A stretch of DNA of 64,000 nucleotides from a candidate division FCPU426 bacterium (GTDB lineage Bacteria; Oederibacteriota; PGYV01; Palsa-1178). The position numbers and the translations under genes were made by a program. Positions 9,102 to 19,606 of this stretch are shown piece by piece (within the stretch, counting starts at the first letter, position 1; every line of letters begins with the position of its first letter). Under the pieces are notes generated by a model, which did no database searches, was not told the DNA's origin, and saw only the letters and a program-made list of their open reading frames with translations. The stretch is taken from contig CAWIXE010000002.1 in assembly GCA_963840035.1 (NCBI GenBank), positions 608,001 to 672,000 on the forward strand, in the 5' to 3' direction.

Positions 9102-12020
9102 ATGATGAAAAGATTACTGATTATTCTGGCGGTGTTTTTGCCGGCTGTATTTGCGCAGGCAGCGCCGGATGAAAATGGAGGGTCGATGAAAGAAACTAAT
9201 GTTGCCGGAACACAGGGCAGAGAAATAATCAATTTTGACAAAGGGTGGCTATTTCAAAGGGAATATGATTCCCCGGAAATGAAAGACCCGGCTTATAAAG
9301 ATAAAAAATGGGCCAAGGTAAACGTGCCCCATGACTGGGCCATAGAAGGCACTTTGAAGCCTAAAAAGGTAAAATACAGCGCCCCTGTTATGTTTGTTAT
9401 AAAAGGCGAATGGAAATTTAACAAGGGCGATGACGCGGCATGGAAAGACGCGGCGTTTGACGATTCGTCATGGGAAAAGGTAAAACTTCCTGCGTCATGG
9501 GAAGACCATTCAAATTATAAGGAAGACAATGTTTATGGCTGGTACAGGCGCGAGATAGTCGTGCCCGCCTCGATGAAAGGCAAGGATGTCATTTTTAACT
9601 GCGGGATGATAGATGATGTGGATGAGACGTATGTTAACGGAGAACTGGTCGGATCTACCGGGATTTTCCCGCCTAAATATGAAACTGCCTGGAATGTTAA
9701 CAGAGAATACAGGATAAAATCATCACTAATAAAATATGGAAAGAAAAATATTATCGCCATAAGGGTGTTTGACGGCTACGGAGGCGGAGGAATATACGGC
9801 GATAAGTCGCAGAGGCTTCTGGAAGGGCCTTTTGACAGGGCGGCTGACGGAGGTAACTCCACAGGATTCCTGCCCGGAGGTATTGGCTGGTACAGGAAGG
9901 CGTTTACAGTACCTGAAGCAATGAAAGGCAAAAAAATATCCGTTGAATTTGACGGCGCTTACATGGACTCAGAGACATGGCTTAACGGAATGAGCCTTGG
10001 AAAACATCCATATGGATATACGCCTTTTTCTTTTGACCTTACGCCATACCTGAAATACGGCAAGGAAACAAATATGATCGTCATGAGGCTCAATGTAAAG
10101 CAGCAGTGCACCAGGTGGTACTCGGGCGCAGGCATATACAGGCACGTAAGGCTCGTGGCAGTTGACCCTGTGCATATAGCGAAATGGGGAACATATATAA
10201 CCACGCCGGATATTTCTGAAAACGAAGCGATAGTCAGGATTGAAACCACCATTATGAATGAAGGTGCAAATGAGGAAGAAGTCACCCTTCAGACAACGAT
10301 ACTGGATAAGAACAACGCCGAATGCGCTGTGGTTGAATCAAAGGAAAAGATCGTACGGGGAAGTGAGAAGAAGTTTGTGCAGGAAACTAAGATAGCAAAG
10401 CCCTCGCTGTGGTCCACAGAAACACCGGATATGTACACTGCGGTTTCGCGCGTCATATCAAAAGGCGCTGAAACGGATAAATTCATAACCGCGTTCGGTG
10501 TCAGAACAATTAAATTCACCGATACCGAAGGGTTCTTTTTGAACGGAAAACATGTCCCGATCAAGGGCGTCTGCCTGCATCATGACAATGGTTATCTCGG
10601 CGCTGCCGTGCACAAACGCGCCATACAAAGGCAGCTTGAGATCATGAAAGAAATGGGCGCCAACGCGGTAAGGACAAGCCATAATCCCCCTGACACGGTT
10701 CTTCTGGACCTTTGCGATAAGATGGGGCTGCTTGTGATGGACGAGGCATTTGACGAGTGGAAGGAAAATAAGACCACTTTTGGCTACGGAAGATTTTTTG
10801 ACGAATGGGCGGAAAGAGACATAACAACAATGCTCCGCCGCGACAGGAACCATCCTAGCATAATTATGTGGTCCATAGGCAACGAGGTAGCGGAACAATG
10901 GGCCGGCACGGCTGAGAACGCGGAGAAATGCGCGAAAATGCTCGCTGATATATGCCGTAAAGAAGACCCCACAAGGCCTGTAACCGCAGCCTGCAACGTC
11001 GTTAATAACTCGATTGACAAGGGGATAGCAAAGCACCTGGATGTTATGGGAATAAATTATAATATTACAGAGTATGAGAAACAGCGCGGAAAGTATAAGC
11101 TTATTGGCTCTGAAACGTCGTCGGATACGAGTACACGCGGTGAATACAACCTCGTGGAAAAGGACGGGTTTATCGTACCGGAAGGCAAGCTTAATACGCA
11201 GTGTTCCTCTTATGATAATTTTGCGCCGGATTGGGCTACATCGGCGGCAAAATCGCTTCAGATGATCAAGGATTCACCCTGGGTCGCGGGTGAATTTGTC
11301 TGGACAGGTTTTGACTACATAGGCGAGTCTACACCGTACTGGTGGCCGGCTGTTATTTCATATTTTGGCATTACCGACCTTTGCGGTTTCCCCAAGGACA
11401 GGTACTACACTTACCAGAGCAAATGGACGGAAAAGCCCATGGTGCACGTGCTCCCGCACTGGAACTGGGAAAAATGGAAGGGGAAGGAAATACCGGTCAT
11501 AGTTGATACTAATTGTGAGTCTGTAGAACTTTTCTTAAACGGCAAATCGTTTGGTGAAAAAAAGAGGACTGACTCTGCCGGATTAAGACTTGAATGGAAG
11601 GTTCCGTATTCGACAGGGATTCTGCGCGCCTCAGCCAAAAATGGCGGAGTCCAGGCAGCCGAGGACCAGGTAAGGACAGCCGGCAAGCCTGTCAGGATAG
11701 AGATAAAAGCTGACAGGACAGAACTTTCGGCTGACGGTGAGGACCTTTCCTATGTGACTGTAAGGATGCTGGATAAGTACGGAACATTCTGCCCGACGGC
11801 CGATAATGAAATAGAATTTACCCTTGAGGGCGATGGGGATATTGCCGCCACCGGGAACGGTAATCCGCTTAACCACGCCTTCTTTAACGCGGCAAAATGC
11901 AGGGCTTTTAACGGCATGGTGCTGGCGATAGTCAAGGCCGGTGAAAAACCGAGCCACCTATATTTCACCGCTTCTTCAAAGGGCTTAAAAGCTGACGCTG
12001 TAAATATCGAAACCAAATAG
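9102..12020 (+). CDS. GH2 beta-galactosidase-like glycosidase
   Basis: Signal peptide; VPHDW, RWYSGAGIYR, GVCLHHD, RTSHNP, WSIGNE, WTGFDY motifs; extra sugar-binding domain inserted near N-terminus. Confidence 0.92.
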   Translation: MMKRLLIILAVFLPAVFAQAAPDENGGSMKETNVAGTQGREIINFDKGWLFQREYDSPEMKDPAYKDKKWAKVNVPHDWAIEGTLKPKKVKYSAPVMFVIKGEWKFNKGDDAAWKDAAFDDSSWEKVKLPASWEDHSNYKEDNVYGWYRREIVVPASMKGKDVIFNCGMIDDVDETYVNGELVGSTGIFPPKYETAWNVNREYRIKSSLIKYGKKNIIAIRVFDGYGGGGIYGDKSQRLLEGPFDRAADGGNSTGFLPGGIGWYRKAFTVPEAMKGKKISVEFDGAYMDSETWLNGMSLGKHPYGYTPFSFDLTPYLKYGKETNMIVMRLNVKQQCTRWYSGAGIYRHVRLVAVDPVHIAKWGTYITTPDISENEAIVRIETTIMNEGANEEEVTLQTTILDKNNAECAVVESKEKIVRGSEKKFVQETKIAKPSLWSTETPDMYTAVSRVISKGAETDKFITAFGVRTIKFTDTEGFFLNGKHVPIKGVCLHHDNGYLGAAVHKRAIQRQLEIMKEMGANAVRTSHNPPDTVLLDLCDKMGLLVMDEAFDEWKENKTTFGYGRFFDEWAERDITTMLRRDRNHPSIIMWSIGNEVAEQWAGTAENAEKCAKMLADICRKEDPTRPVTAACNVVNNSIDKGIAKHLDVMGINYNITEYEKQRGKYKLIGSETSSDTSTRGEYNLVEKDGFIVPEGKLNTQCSSYDNFAPDWATSAAKSLQMIKDSPWVAGEFVWTGFDYIGESTPYWWPAVISYFGITDLCGFPKDRYYTYQSKWTEKPMVHVLPHWNWEKWKGKEIPVIVDTNCESVELFLNGKSFGEKKRTDSAGLRLEWKVPYSTGILRASAKNGGVQAAEDQVRTAGKPVRIEIKADRTELSADGEDLSYVTVRMLDKYGTFCPTADNEIEFTLEGDGDIAATGNGNPLNHAFFNAAKCRAFNGMVLAIVKAGEKPSHLYFTASSKGLKADAVNIETK

Positions 12021-12031
12021 AAGGATGTAAA

Positions 12032-14184
12032 ATGATATCGTATAACAAAAATAAGGGCATGTTTTACCTTGATACCCGTGATTCTTCTTATGTTTTCGGG
12101 GTAAACAGCGGGAAGCAGATATATAACGCCTATTACGGCAGGAAACTCAGCCCGAAAGAGTCGGCTGCCGTCTCCGAGCCTGTGTTCAAGGAAATTGGTT
12201 ACCATATGGTCGACAATATGAAGTCGAATTACAGCCCTGAGATAAACATTTATGACGGGTATAATGTCTTTGAAAACACTTTAAAAGCCTCGCTTTCAAA
12301 CGGGACAAAGTCGCTTGACTGCGCGTACTCCGGCCACACAATAAAGGATAACGTCCTGAAAGTTACGTTAAAAGACAAACTTTATAACATAAGCATAGTG
12401 CTGTCGTATAAAGTGCATTTTGAATATAACCTCATAGAAAAATCGATTGTCATAAATAACAATGAAAAGAAGTTAAACGTAACGTTGGAAACATTTAATT
12501 CCGGGGAACTTATGCTGCCGGCCGGCAGATATAACCTCGGGACTTTTCACGGCGGCTGGATAAAGGAAATGTCGCTTACATTTGAGGAAATCACCCACGG
12601 CAGGAAAGTCATAGAAAGCCGGACAGGACACTCTTCGCACATACATAACCCGTCGTTTTTTATTACAAAAGACGCAAAGGTATCAGAGGACAGCGGGGAA
12701 TACTATTACGGCCAGCTTTTATGGGGCGGCGACTTCAGGTTTACTTTTGAAAAAAGGTTCTATGACACGGTTTCTTTTACCGGGGGCATAAACTCTTTTG
12801 ACGGAAATGCCACGCTAAAGCCCGGAAAGGTGTTTGAAACACCCGCCCTGATACTGGGTTTTTCAGACAAGGGCGCCGGTAAAATGTCACGCCAGCTCCA
12901 TGATTTTTACAGGGATAAGATAATGCTTAAGGAAAAACTGGATGACCATAAACGGGTCCTTGTAAACAGCTGGGAAGCTTTTTATTTCTCCATAAATGAG
13001 GATAAGCTGCTTAAACTGGCTGATAAGGCAAAGGAAATCGGCGCGGAAATACTCGTTGTCGACGACGGCTGGTTCAGGAGGAAGGATAATGACGGCAATT
13101 CCCTGGGTGACTGGTACCCGGTTAAGGAAAAGTTCCCAAATGGGATGGCTGAGTTCGGCAGGAAAGTAAAAGCAAAAGGGCTTAAGTTCGGCATATGGCT
13201 TGAGCCTGAAGCCATGAATACTGACAGCGGCCTTTACAGAAAGCATCAGGACTGGTGCTATCATTTTAAAGGCAGGCCTGACAAGGAAATGAGGCACACG
13301 GTCACGCTGAACATTACAAAAAAGGAAGTAAAAGAATATTTAAAAAAGATGATACACAGGGTAATAACCGAATATAAACCTGATTACGTAAAATGGGACA
13401 TGAACAGGTATGTCTCTGAGACAGGGGCCATTGACGGGACGCAGGCGCAGTTGGAGCACATGAAAGCGGCGTATGAACTTATGGATTACTTAAAAAGCCT
13501 GAACCCGGCCATCATACTTGAAGGATGCGCCGGCGGCGGGGGCAGGATGTCCGGAGGCATGTTTTCGCACGTGGACCAGATGTGGGCCAGCGATAACAAC
13601 GACCCGTTCTGCAGGCAGATCATACAGTACGGCACATCGCTTTTTTATCCCGCGCAGGTCATGTGCTGCCATGTGGCTGACAGCCCATATGGATTGACAG
13701 GCAGGGCTTCAACGCCGCTTTTCAGGGTACGCACGGCCATGGCAGGAAACCTCGGGACAGAGGCAAACCTGCTTGAGTGGAAAGATGAGGAAATAGCCGT
13801 ATTAAAAAGGGAAGTAGCGTTATATAAATCAGTAAGGGATATCATTTACACGGGTGATCTGTTCAGGATAGAAGCCCGTATGAATCAATGCGGGTGAGTT
13901 TTATGCATGTTTCAAAGGATAAATCATGCGCTGTATTGTTTTCATATTTCCCGGGCAAGGAACTGTATAAAAGCGTAAACGCTATAAGCGCGGAAAAAGA
14001 AGCCATGCCAAAGCCCGGAAACTTGAAATTAAAGGGGCTGCTGCCAGGCGCGGTATATGAACTTGAAATTGACGGTAAAAAAAGCGCGGCAAAAGGCAGC
14101 GTGCTCATGAAGACGGGAATAAAACTTAACTTAAAAAAGACGCAGGACAGCGCCATAATCAGGATCAACAGGAGGATTAAATGA
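12032..14184 (+). pseudogene. GH36 alpha-galactosidase, split by an apparent 1-nt deletion near 13872 (ORFs 12032-13897 and 13888-14184)
   Basis: NSWEAFYF, VVDDGWF, FGIWLEPE, YVKWDMNR, WASDN motifs; adding one A at gaagccc restores RIESPYESMRVSFMHVSKDK and the LKGL..Y..G..LM..G C-domain. Confidence 0.85.
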
Positions 14185-16136
14185 ATTATTTAAAGTTCTT
14201 TTTGCTTCTTTCCGTAATTATTGTGCTGAGCGCGGCTTTTGTTTTTGCCTCGCCGCAAAAGGCCTCACTGAAATTGAACTCTATTTTTACGGACCACATG
14301 GTACTGCAGCGCGACACCGCCGTATCCGTTTATGGAAAAGCAGCCGCCGGATCAAAGGTGGTTGTTGAGATTGCGGGGCAGACATTAACGGCAAAAGCGG
14401 GAAGCAAAGGGGATTGGTCCGCGAAACTGCAGCCAATTCCGGCAGGCGGGCCGTATGAGATGAATGTCATATCAGGAAATGAAACGGTTTCCGTTAAGGA
14501 TATTTTAACGGGCGATGTGTGGTTCTGTTCGGGCCAGTCAAACATGGAATGGATACTCTCAAATACGACGGATGGCGCTGAAGAACTTAAAGGCTTTAAG
14601 ACAAATCCGAATATTAGGCTTTTTCTGCAGGAACAGCTGCCGGCAGCAAAGCCGCTCACTGATCCGGCAGGAAAGTGGGCTGAATGCGACGCTGAAAACG
14701 CGAAGAATTTTTCAGCAATAGCGTATTTTTTCGCGAATAATTTATCAAATGAGCTTAAGGTGCCGATAGGCGTTATTGATTCATCCTGGGGCGGTACATC
14801 CATAGAGATCTGGATGGACCAGAATCTTTTAAAGGGGAATCCGGTTACAAAGCCCATACTTGACAGGTGGAAAGACAATCCGGTTTTTGACTGGAAAAAC
14901 TGGAATTATGGAAAAGGAATGAATTATTCCATAGAAGTATCTGAACTGCGTTTTTATGATTCCACAGGCAAGGCTGAACCTGCGTACGTGAACCTTACGC
15001 CAACTGACAGGAACGCGCTTGGCGGGTCATGGTATGGCTGGGCAAAGCCGGGTTCCACGGCTGAAGCGGCGGCAAAAGCAAAGGCGTGCGACATATCGGG
15101 AATTATAGGCTTCAACGCCTGGGCAGGCGCGGGAACGCTCCTGAAAAACGGCGAAGAAGCAGACCTTTCAAAGTATGACAGGATTATATTTAAAGTGCGC
15201 GGCAGCGGAAAGTTTTCCGTATCGTTGTGCCAGAATACGATAATTGACTATGATTATTATTCCACGCAGGATTTTGACGCGGTAAAAACATGGAAAGACA
15301 TATCCGTGCCGATTGCCGCGTTAAAACAGGGTGGATGGGGGCTCGCAAAGCCTTTTACGCAGAATGCCATCAAGCAGCTGCAGTTCAACATAAAGTCTAT
15401 GACTGTGGAGCTGCCGTCGGCTTTATATAACGGCATGGTGATGCCGTACGCGAAATTCCCGATAAAAGGATCCATCTGGTACCAGGGTGAGAATAACGCG
15501 AACAGGGCGCTGCAGTACGGAATGCTGCTTCCCATGATGATAAAGAACTGGCGTAATATATGGAATATCGGAGATTTCCCGTTCATCCTGGTTCAGCTGC
15601 CGAATTTCATGGAGCGCAAGGCGGAGCCTGGCGAGAGCGAATGGGCCGAGCTGCGCGAGTCTCAGCTTAACGCGCTCAGCCTTACGAGCACGGCTGTTGT
15701 GGCATCCATAGACATCGGCGACCCGAAAGATATACATCCCAGGCTTAAAAAACCTGTCAGTTACAGGCTTGCCCAGGCAGCGCTTAATGTGGCGTACGGA
15801 AAGGATGTCGTACCCATGGGGCCGGTATATGAGGCCATGAAAATAGACGGGAACAGGATAACGTTGTCATTTAAGTATACGGGCAAGGGTTTAAAGTCAA
15901 AGGACGGATCGTTAAAAGGTTTTTCAATTGCGGGAAATGACAAAAAATTCGTCTGGGCAAACGCGGAAATAAAGGATGACAAAGTGGTAGTCTGGAGCGA
16001 CTCTGTCAGGGAACCCGCGTCGGTCAGATATGCCTGGGCTGATAATCCGGAATGCAATCTTTATAATGAAGAAGGGCTCGCGGCTTCGCCTTTCAGGACG
16101 GATAACTGGCCGGGGTTAACGCAGGATAGATTTTAA
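14181..16136 (+). CDS. Sialate O-acetylesterase family (SASA) carbohydrate esterase with inserted CBM11-like domain
   Basis: GDVWFCSGQSNM, WYQGENN, DIHPR, VRYAWADNP..FRTD motifs; insert DLSKYDRIIFKVRGSG. Confidence 0.88.
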   Translation: MNYLKFFLLLSVIIVLSAAFVFASPQKASLKLNSIFTDHMVLQRDTAVSVYGKAAAGSKVVVEIAGQTLTAKAGSKGDWSAKLQPIPAGGPYEMNVISGNETVSVKDILTGDVWFCSGQSNMEWILSNTTDGAEELKGFKTNPNIRLFLQEQLPAAKPLTDPAGKWAECDAENAKNFSAIAYFFANNLSNELKVPIGVIDSSWGGTSIEIWMDQNLLKGNPVTKPILDRWKDNPVFDWKNWNYGKGMNYSIEVSELRFYDSTGKAEPAYVNLTPTDRNALGGSWYGWAKPGSTAEAAAKAKACDISGIIGFNAWAGAGTLLKNGEEADLSKYDRIIFKVRGSGKFSVSLCQNTIIDYDYYSTQDFDAVKTWKDISVPIAALKQGGWGLAKPFTQNAIKQLQFNIKSMTVELPSALYNGMVMPYAKFPIKGSIWYQGENNANRALQYGMLLPMMIKNWRNIWNIGDFPFILVQLPNFMERKAEPGESEWAELRESQLNALSLTSTAVVASIDIGDPKDIHPRLKKPVSYRLAQAALNVAYGKDVVPMGPVYEAMKIDGNRITLSFKYTGKGLKSKDGSLKGFSIAGNDKKFVWANAEIKDDKVVVWSDSVREPASVRYAWADNPECNLYNEEGLAASPFRTDNWPGLTQDRF

Positions 16137-16155
16137 AAACATGAAAGGTAGTGCA

Positions 16156-17244
16156 ATGATGAAAAGAAAAATATTGTTATTGGCAGTTTGCGCGCTGGCA
16201 GCGCTTATTGTTTTTCAGTCGTGCGCGTCAGCGTTTTTGGAAAAAGCCGGTGATAACGCAGTGGAAGGATTTAATGTAAATACTAAATTTGCATGGACTA
16301 CAGGGGCGCCTGTAATACTGCCGCAGCCGGAAAAAGGGCGTGAAGTTGTATCTGCAAAAGACCCGAGCGTTCTGTTTTATAACGGTAAATGGTATGTGTT
16401 TTATACAACCTGCGATACTAAAGGCGCATGGAGCATGCAGTTTGTTAGTTTTAAGGATTGGAAGGACGCGAAAAAGGCAAAAGCTTATCCCAAGGACAAC
16501 AATCCAAACCTGCAGGGATATCACTGCGCGCCGAATGTGTTTTATTTTACGCCCCAGAAGAAGTGGTACATGGTATTCCAGTCAGGCCAGCCGCAGTATA
16601 CGACAAACGATAATATAGACAATCCTGACGGATGGACAAAGCCGCAGGATTTTTTCAATGGAGCCCCTCCGGGACTGGAAAAAGGTCAGTGGGGCCCGGA
16701 ATGGCTTGATTTTCATGTGATTTGCGATGATAAAAACGCGTACTTAATGTTTACCGGGGATAACGGGAGATTGTACCGCAGCAGGACAAAACTTGAGGAT
16801 TTTCCCAATGGCATGGGCAATCCTGAGCTTTGTCTTAAGGGCAAGGAGAGGGGCGACGTGTTTGAAGGTTCTATGGCTTACAAAATAAAAGGTCAAAATA
16901 AATATCTTCTGATTGTTGAGGCGTTTGGCGCGCCTACTTATGACAGGTACTACAGGAGTTTTGTGGCTGATTCGCTTGACGGCGAGTGGAAAGAACAGGC
17001 AGGTACTTGGGAAAACCCGTTTGCCGGTTTGAATAACGTTAAATTTGATGAAGGCGTAACACCCTGGACAAAGGATATAAGCCACGGGGAACTTATACGG
17101 ACAGGTTATGATGAGAAGATGGAACTGGACCCTGAAAACATTCAGTTCCTGTTCCAGGGACGCGCGCCCGAGAGCAACGGCATGCAGTATCATTTACTTC
17201 CTTATAAAATAGGGCTATTAAAGGCTGTTAAAACTCAAAAATAA
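16156..17244 (+). CDS. GH62 alpha-L-arabinofuranosidase (lipoprotein)
   Basis: Lipobox FQSC; KDPS, APNVFYF.PQKKWY, LDFHVICD, FEGS, DISHGELIR motifs. Confidence 0.88.
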   Translation: MMKRKILLLAVCALAALIVFQSCASAFLEKAGDNAVEGFNVNTKFAWTTGAPVILPQPEKGREVVSAKDPSVLFYNGKWYVFYTTCDTKGAWSMQFVSFKDWKDAKKAKAYPKDNNPNLQGYHCAPNVFYFTPQKKWYMVFQSGQPQYTTNDNIDNPDGWTKPQDFFNGAPPGLEKGQWGPEWLDFHVICDDKNAYLMFTGDNGRLYRSRTKLEDFPNGMGNPELCLKGKERGDVFEGSMAYKIKGQNKYLLIVEAFGAPTYDRYYRSFVADSLDGEWKEQAGTWENPFAGLNNVKFDEGVTPWTKDISHGELIRTGYDEKMELDPENIQFLFQGRAPESNGMQYHLLPYKIGLLKAVKTQK

Positions 17245-17380
17245 CATGTTCGCTAAGCGGCAAAAAAACAACGGGTGAAAATTTGTTCTGTTTTCCACTG
17301 TCACGTGAAAAACAGAGCCTTTTGCATCTTTTTGTATTTAGAAACGCTATATTTGAGCAGTACATAGATCCTCGCGCAAA

Positions 17381-17464
17381 TATGCCTGCCGGGGGGGTCA
17401 AATTTTCTTATGGCCTGCGCTACTGCGCAATCCATAAGAAAATATGCCCCCCCCGGCAGGCATA
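17381..17464. repeat. Long imperfect inverted repeat (~84 bp hairpin)
   Basis: tatgcctgccggggggg..attttcttatgg ... ccataagaaaat..cccccccggcaggcata. Confidence 0.8.
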
Positions 17465-17524
17465 AATGGAAAAGCTCCGGGGCAGAACTAACCCGTTAAT
17501 TTGTAGGGCCTCTTATTTCGTGTC

Positions 17525-17548
17525 GTAGGGGCGATTCACGAATCGCCC
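17525..17548. repeat. GTAG-type REP element
   Basis: GTAG followed by palindrome GGGCGATTC-AC-GAATCGCCC. Confidence 0.65.
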
Positions 17549-17606
17549 GCACTGTCACGGTACTTCGTTTTGGATGGAATACGTAATACGACTACAAGGA
17601 GGTAAA

Positions 17607-19578
17607 ATGAGAAAAGTATGTCTTATATTTTTGACAATTTCACTGTTTTCAACAGCTTTACTTGCGGGTACCATGGATACTACGATAGCGGTAAATACTA
17701 CAGTGACGGTGAATACGTTCAAGCCGTTTAATGTTTTCGGAAATAATACCAACGGATGGACAAATCCTGTGGCTGTGAAGGATAAGATACAGGGCGCCGG
17801 AAATTATCTGTCTGCGCTATCCAGGAGGCTCGTGGGGCGATTCCTTTTTCTGGAACAGCAAAGGCGAATACGATAAGGACGGCAACTGGTCGCCAGGCAC
17901 AGCTGAATACGGGAAAAGCACAACCGGAGATCTTGTATATCACCAGAAATATATGCTTGATGATGATAAAACAACCGCGTGGAAGTCTAACGCCGATACC
18001 GATTTCCCAAACAGCCAGTGGGTGTACCTGGATTTAAAAGAAAAGAAAAACCCGGATAAATTGACCATATCATGGGGCAGTCCATACGCGAAAAAGTTCA
18101 CTGTCCAATACTGGGACCCGGCGGACGGCAGGCAATGGATGCCGTATGACGCCGATAAAAGTTCATGGCTTGATACGTCGGCAAAAGAGACAGCCGGCAC
18201 CGGTGGGGTACAGGAAGTATCATTTTCGCAGGTTAATACACAGTATGTAAGGATACTATTGACAGCCAGTTCTGAAGGGAAATCCGGTATTTACTCGGTT
18301 GTGGACTTGGACATATTTGAAAACGGACGGTCAATACTTTCCAAAGACACAAATTCAGTTGTGGTTTCCTCCTGCGATACTGCGGCAAAACTTGACGCTA
18401 ACGGGCCTTCGTGGATATTTGGGTTTGAACAGTATATGGAATTCATGAAGTCCTTCGGCCCGATTAAAGCCGAGCCTCTGATTATAGTGAATCTGGGCAG
18501 CGGCACGCCTGAGATGGCCGCGGCGTGGGTTAAATACGCGAATAAAGTTAAGGGTTACGGTATTAAGTACTGGGAGATTGGAAACGAAAGCGGAGGCCAG
18601 TGGGAAACCGGCGGCCCTATGAATGTGTATGACTATACCAGGCGCTATATCAAATACTATGAAGCAATGAAGGCTGTGGATCCGTCTATTACAATCATCG
18701 CACAGGGGCAGGCGGACGGAAAATCATTAACTTATGACGGGGTTTCAGCCATCGAGGCGTTTTTAGGAAGGCTTGCGAAAGAAAAGAAAACACATTACGC
18801 CGAAGGGCTGGTGACCCACCAGTACCCGAACTGGGGGCAGAAACTTGAGGATCTGCTCGCGTCGCCAAAAAAAGGCATGGAAGATACGGCCTCGCAGGTT
18901 AAAAAAGCGCTGGCCAAATACCCAAAACTGAAAAACATACCTATATGGATAACGGAGTTTAACACGTCGGACCAGGTAAAGCCGCAGGATATCAGCGTGC
19001 ACCTGGAAAACGGACTGTGGCTCGCGCAGTATATGCCAGAGTTCATACGCCAGTTCGGAAATAGGGGTTACATGGCCATGTGGGATGTTATGAATGGCGG
19101 CAGCGCGATAAATAACCCGACAGGCGGCGATCATGGTTACCTGCAGTCTGAAAGCGGGCCGTATCAGCATCAGGAGCGCGCCGATTACTGGACCATGAAA
19201 ATGATGACGAATTACTGGGCAACCCCCGGGGATGTCAGGGAGCATACGATGGTTGAGGCGGAATCCGGAAACCCGATGCTCGCGGCATACGCCAACATAA
19301 AGCCTGATAAAACACTAGCGCTGCTCGTTGTAAATAAGGACCCGGAGAATGCGTATAATTCAGCGATAACTATAAGCGGATACACACCCGTGCAGGAAGC
19401 GAAAACCTGGAAGTTTGACAGTGATAATTATAAATGGGATGCCGGTTCTTTACCTTATCACGCAAACCCGGATAACCCTCCCACGGAGTCGGCAATCAAC
19501 TACGCCGGGGAGAAATTTAATTTTGAGTTCAAACCTTATTCTATAACAGTCATAGAACTTAAGAAAAAGCAGGATTAA
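17607..19578 (+). pseudogene. Clan GH-A glycoside hydrolase (GH44/51/79-like) with inserted F5/8 discoidin domain; apparent +1 frameshift near 17810
   Basis: RBS + signal peptide at 17607; removing 1 nt in tatctgtctgcgc gives GNYLLRYPGGSWGD continuing into ORF 17953-19578 (YWEIGNE, WITEFN); intact paralog at 37337. Confidence 0.8.
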
Positions 19579-19606
19579 TAGCATATGTGGATAATGGAGG
19601 TAATTA

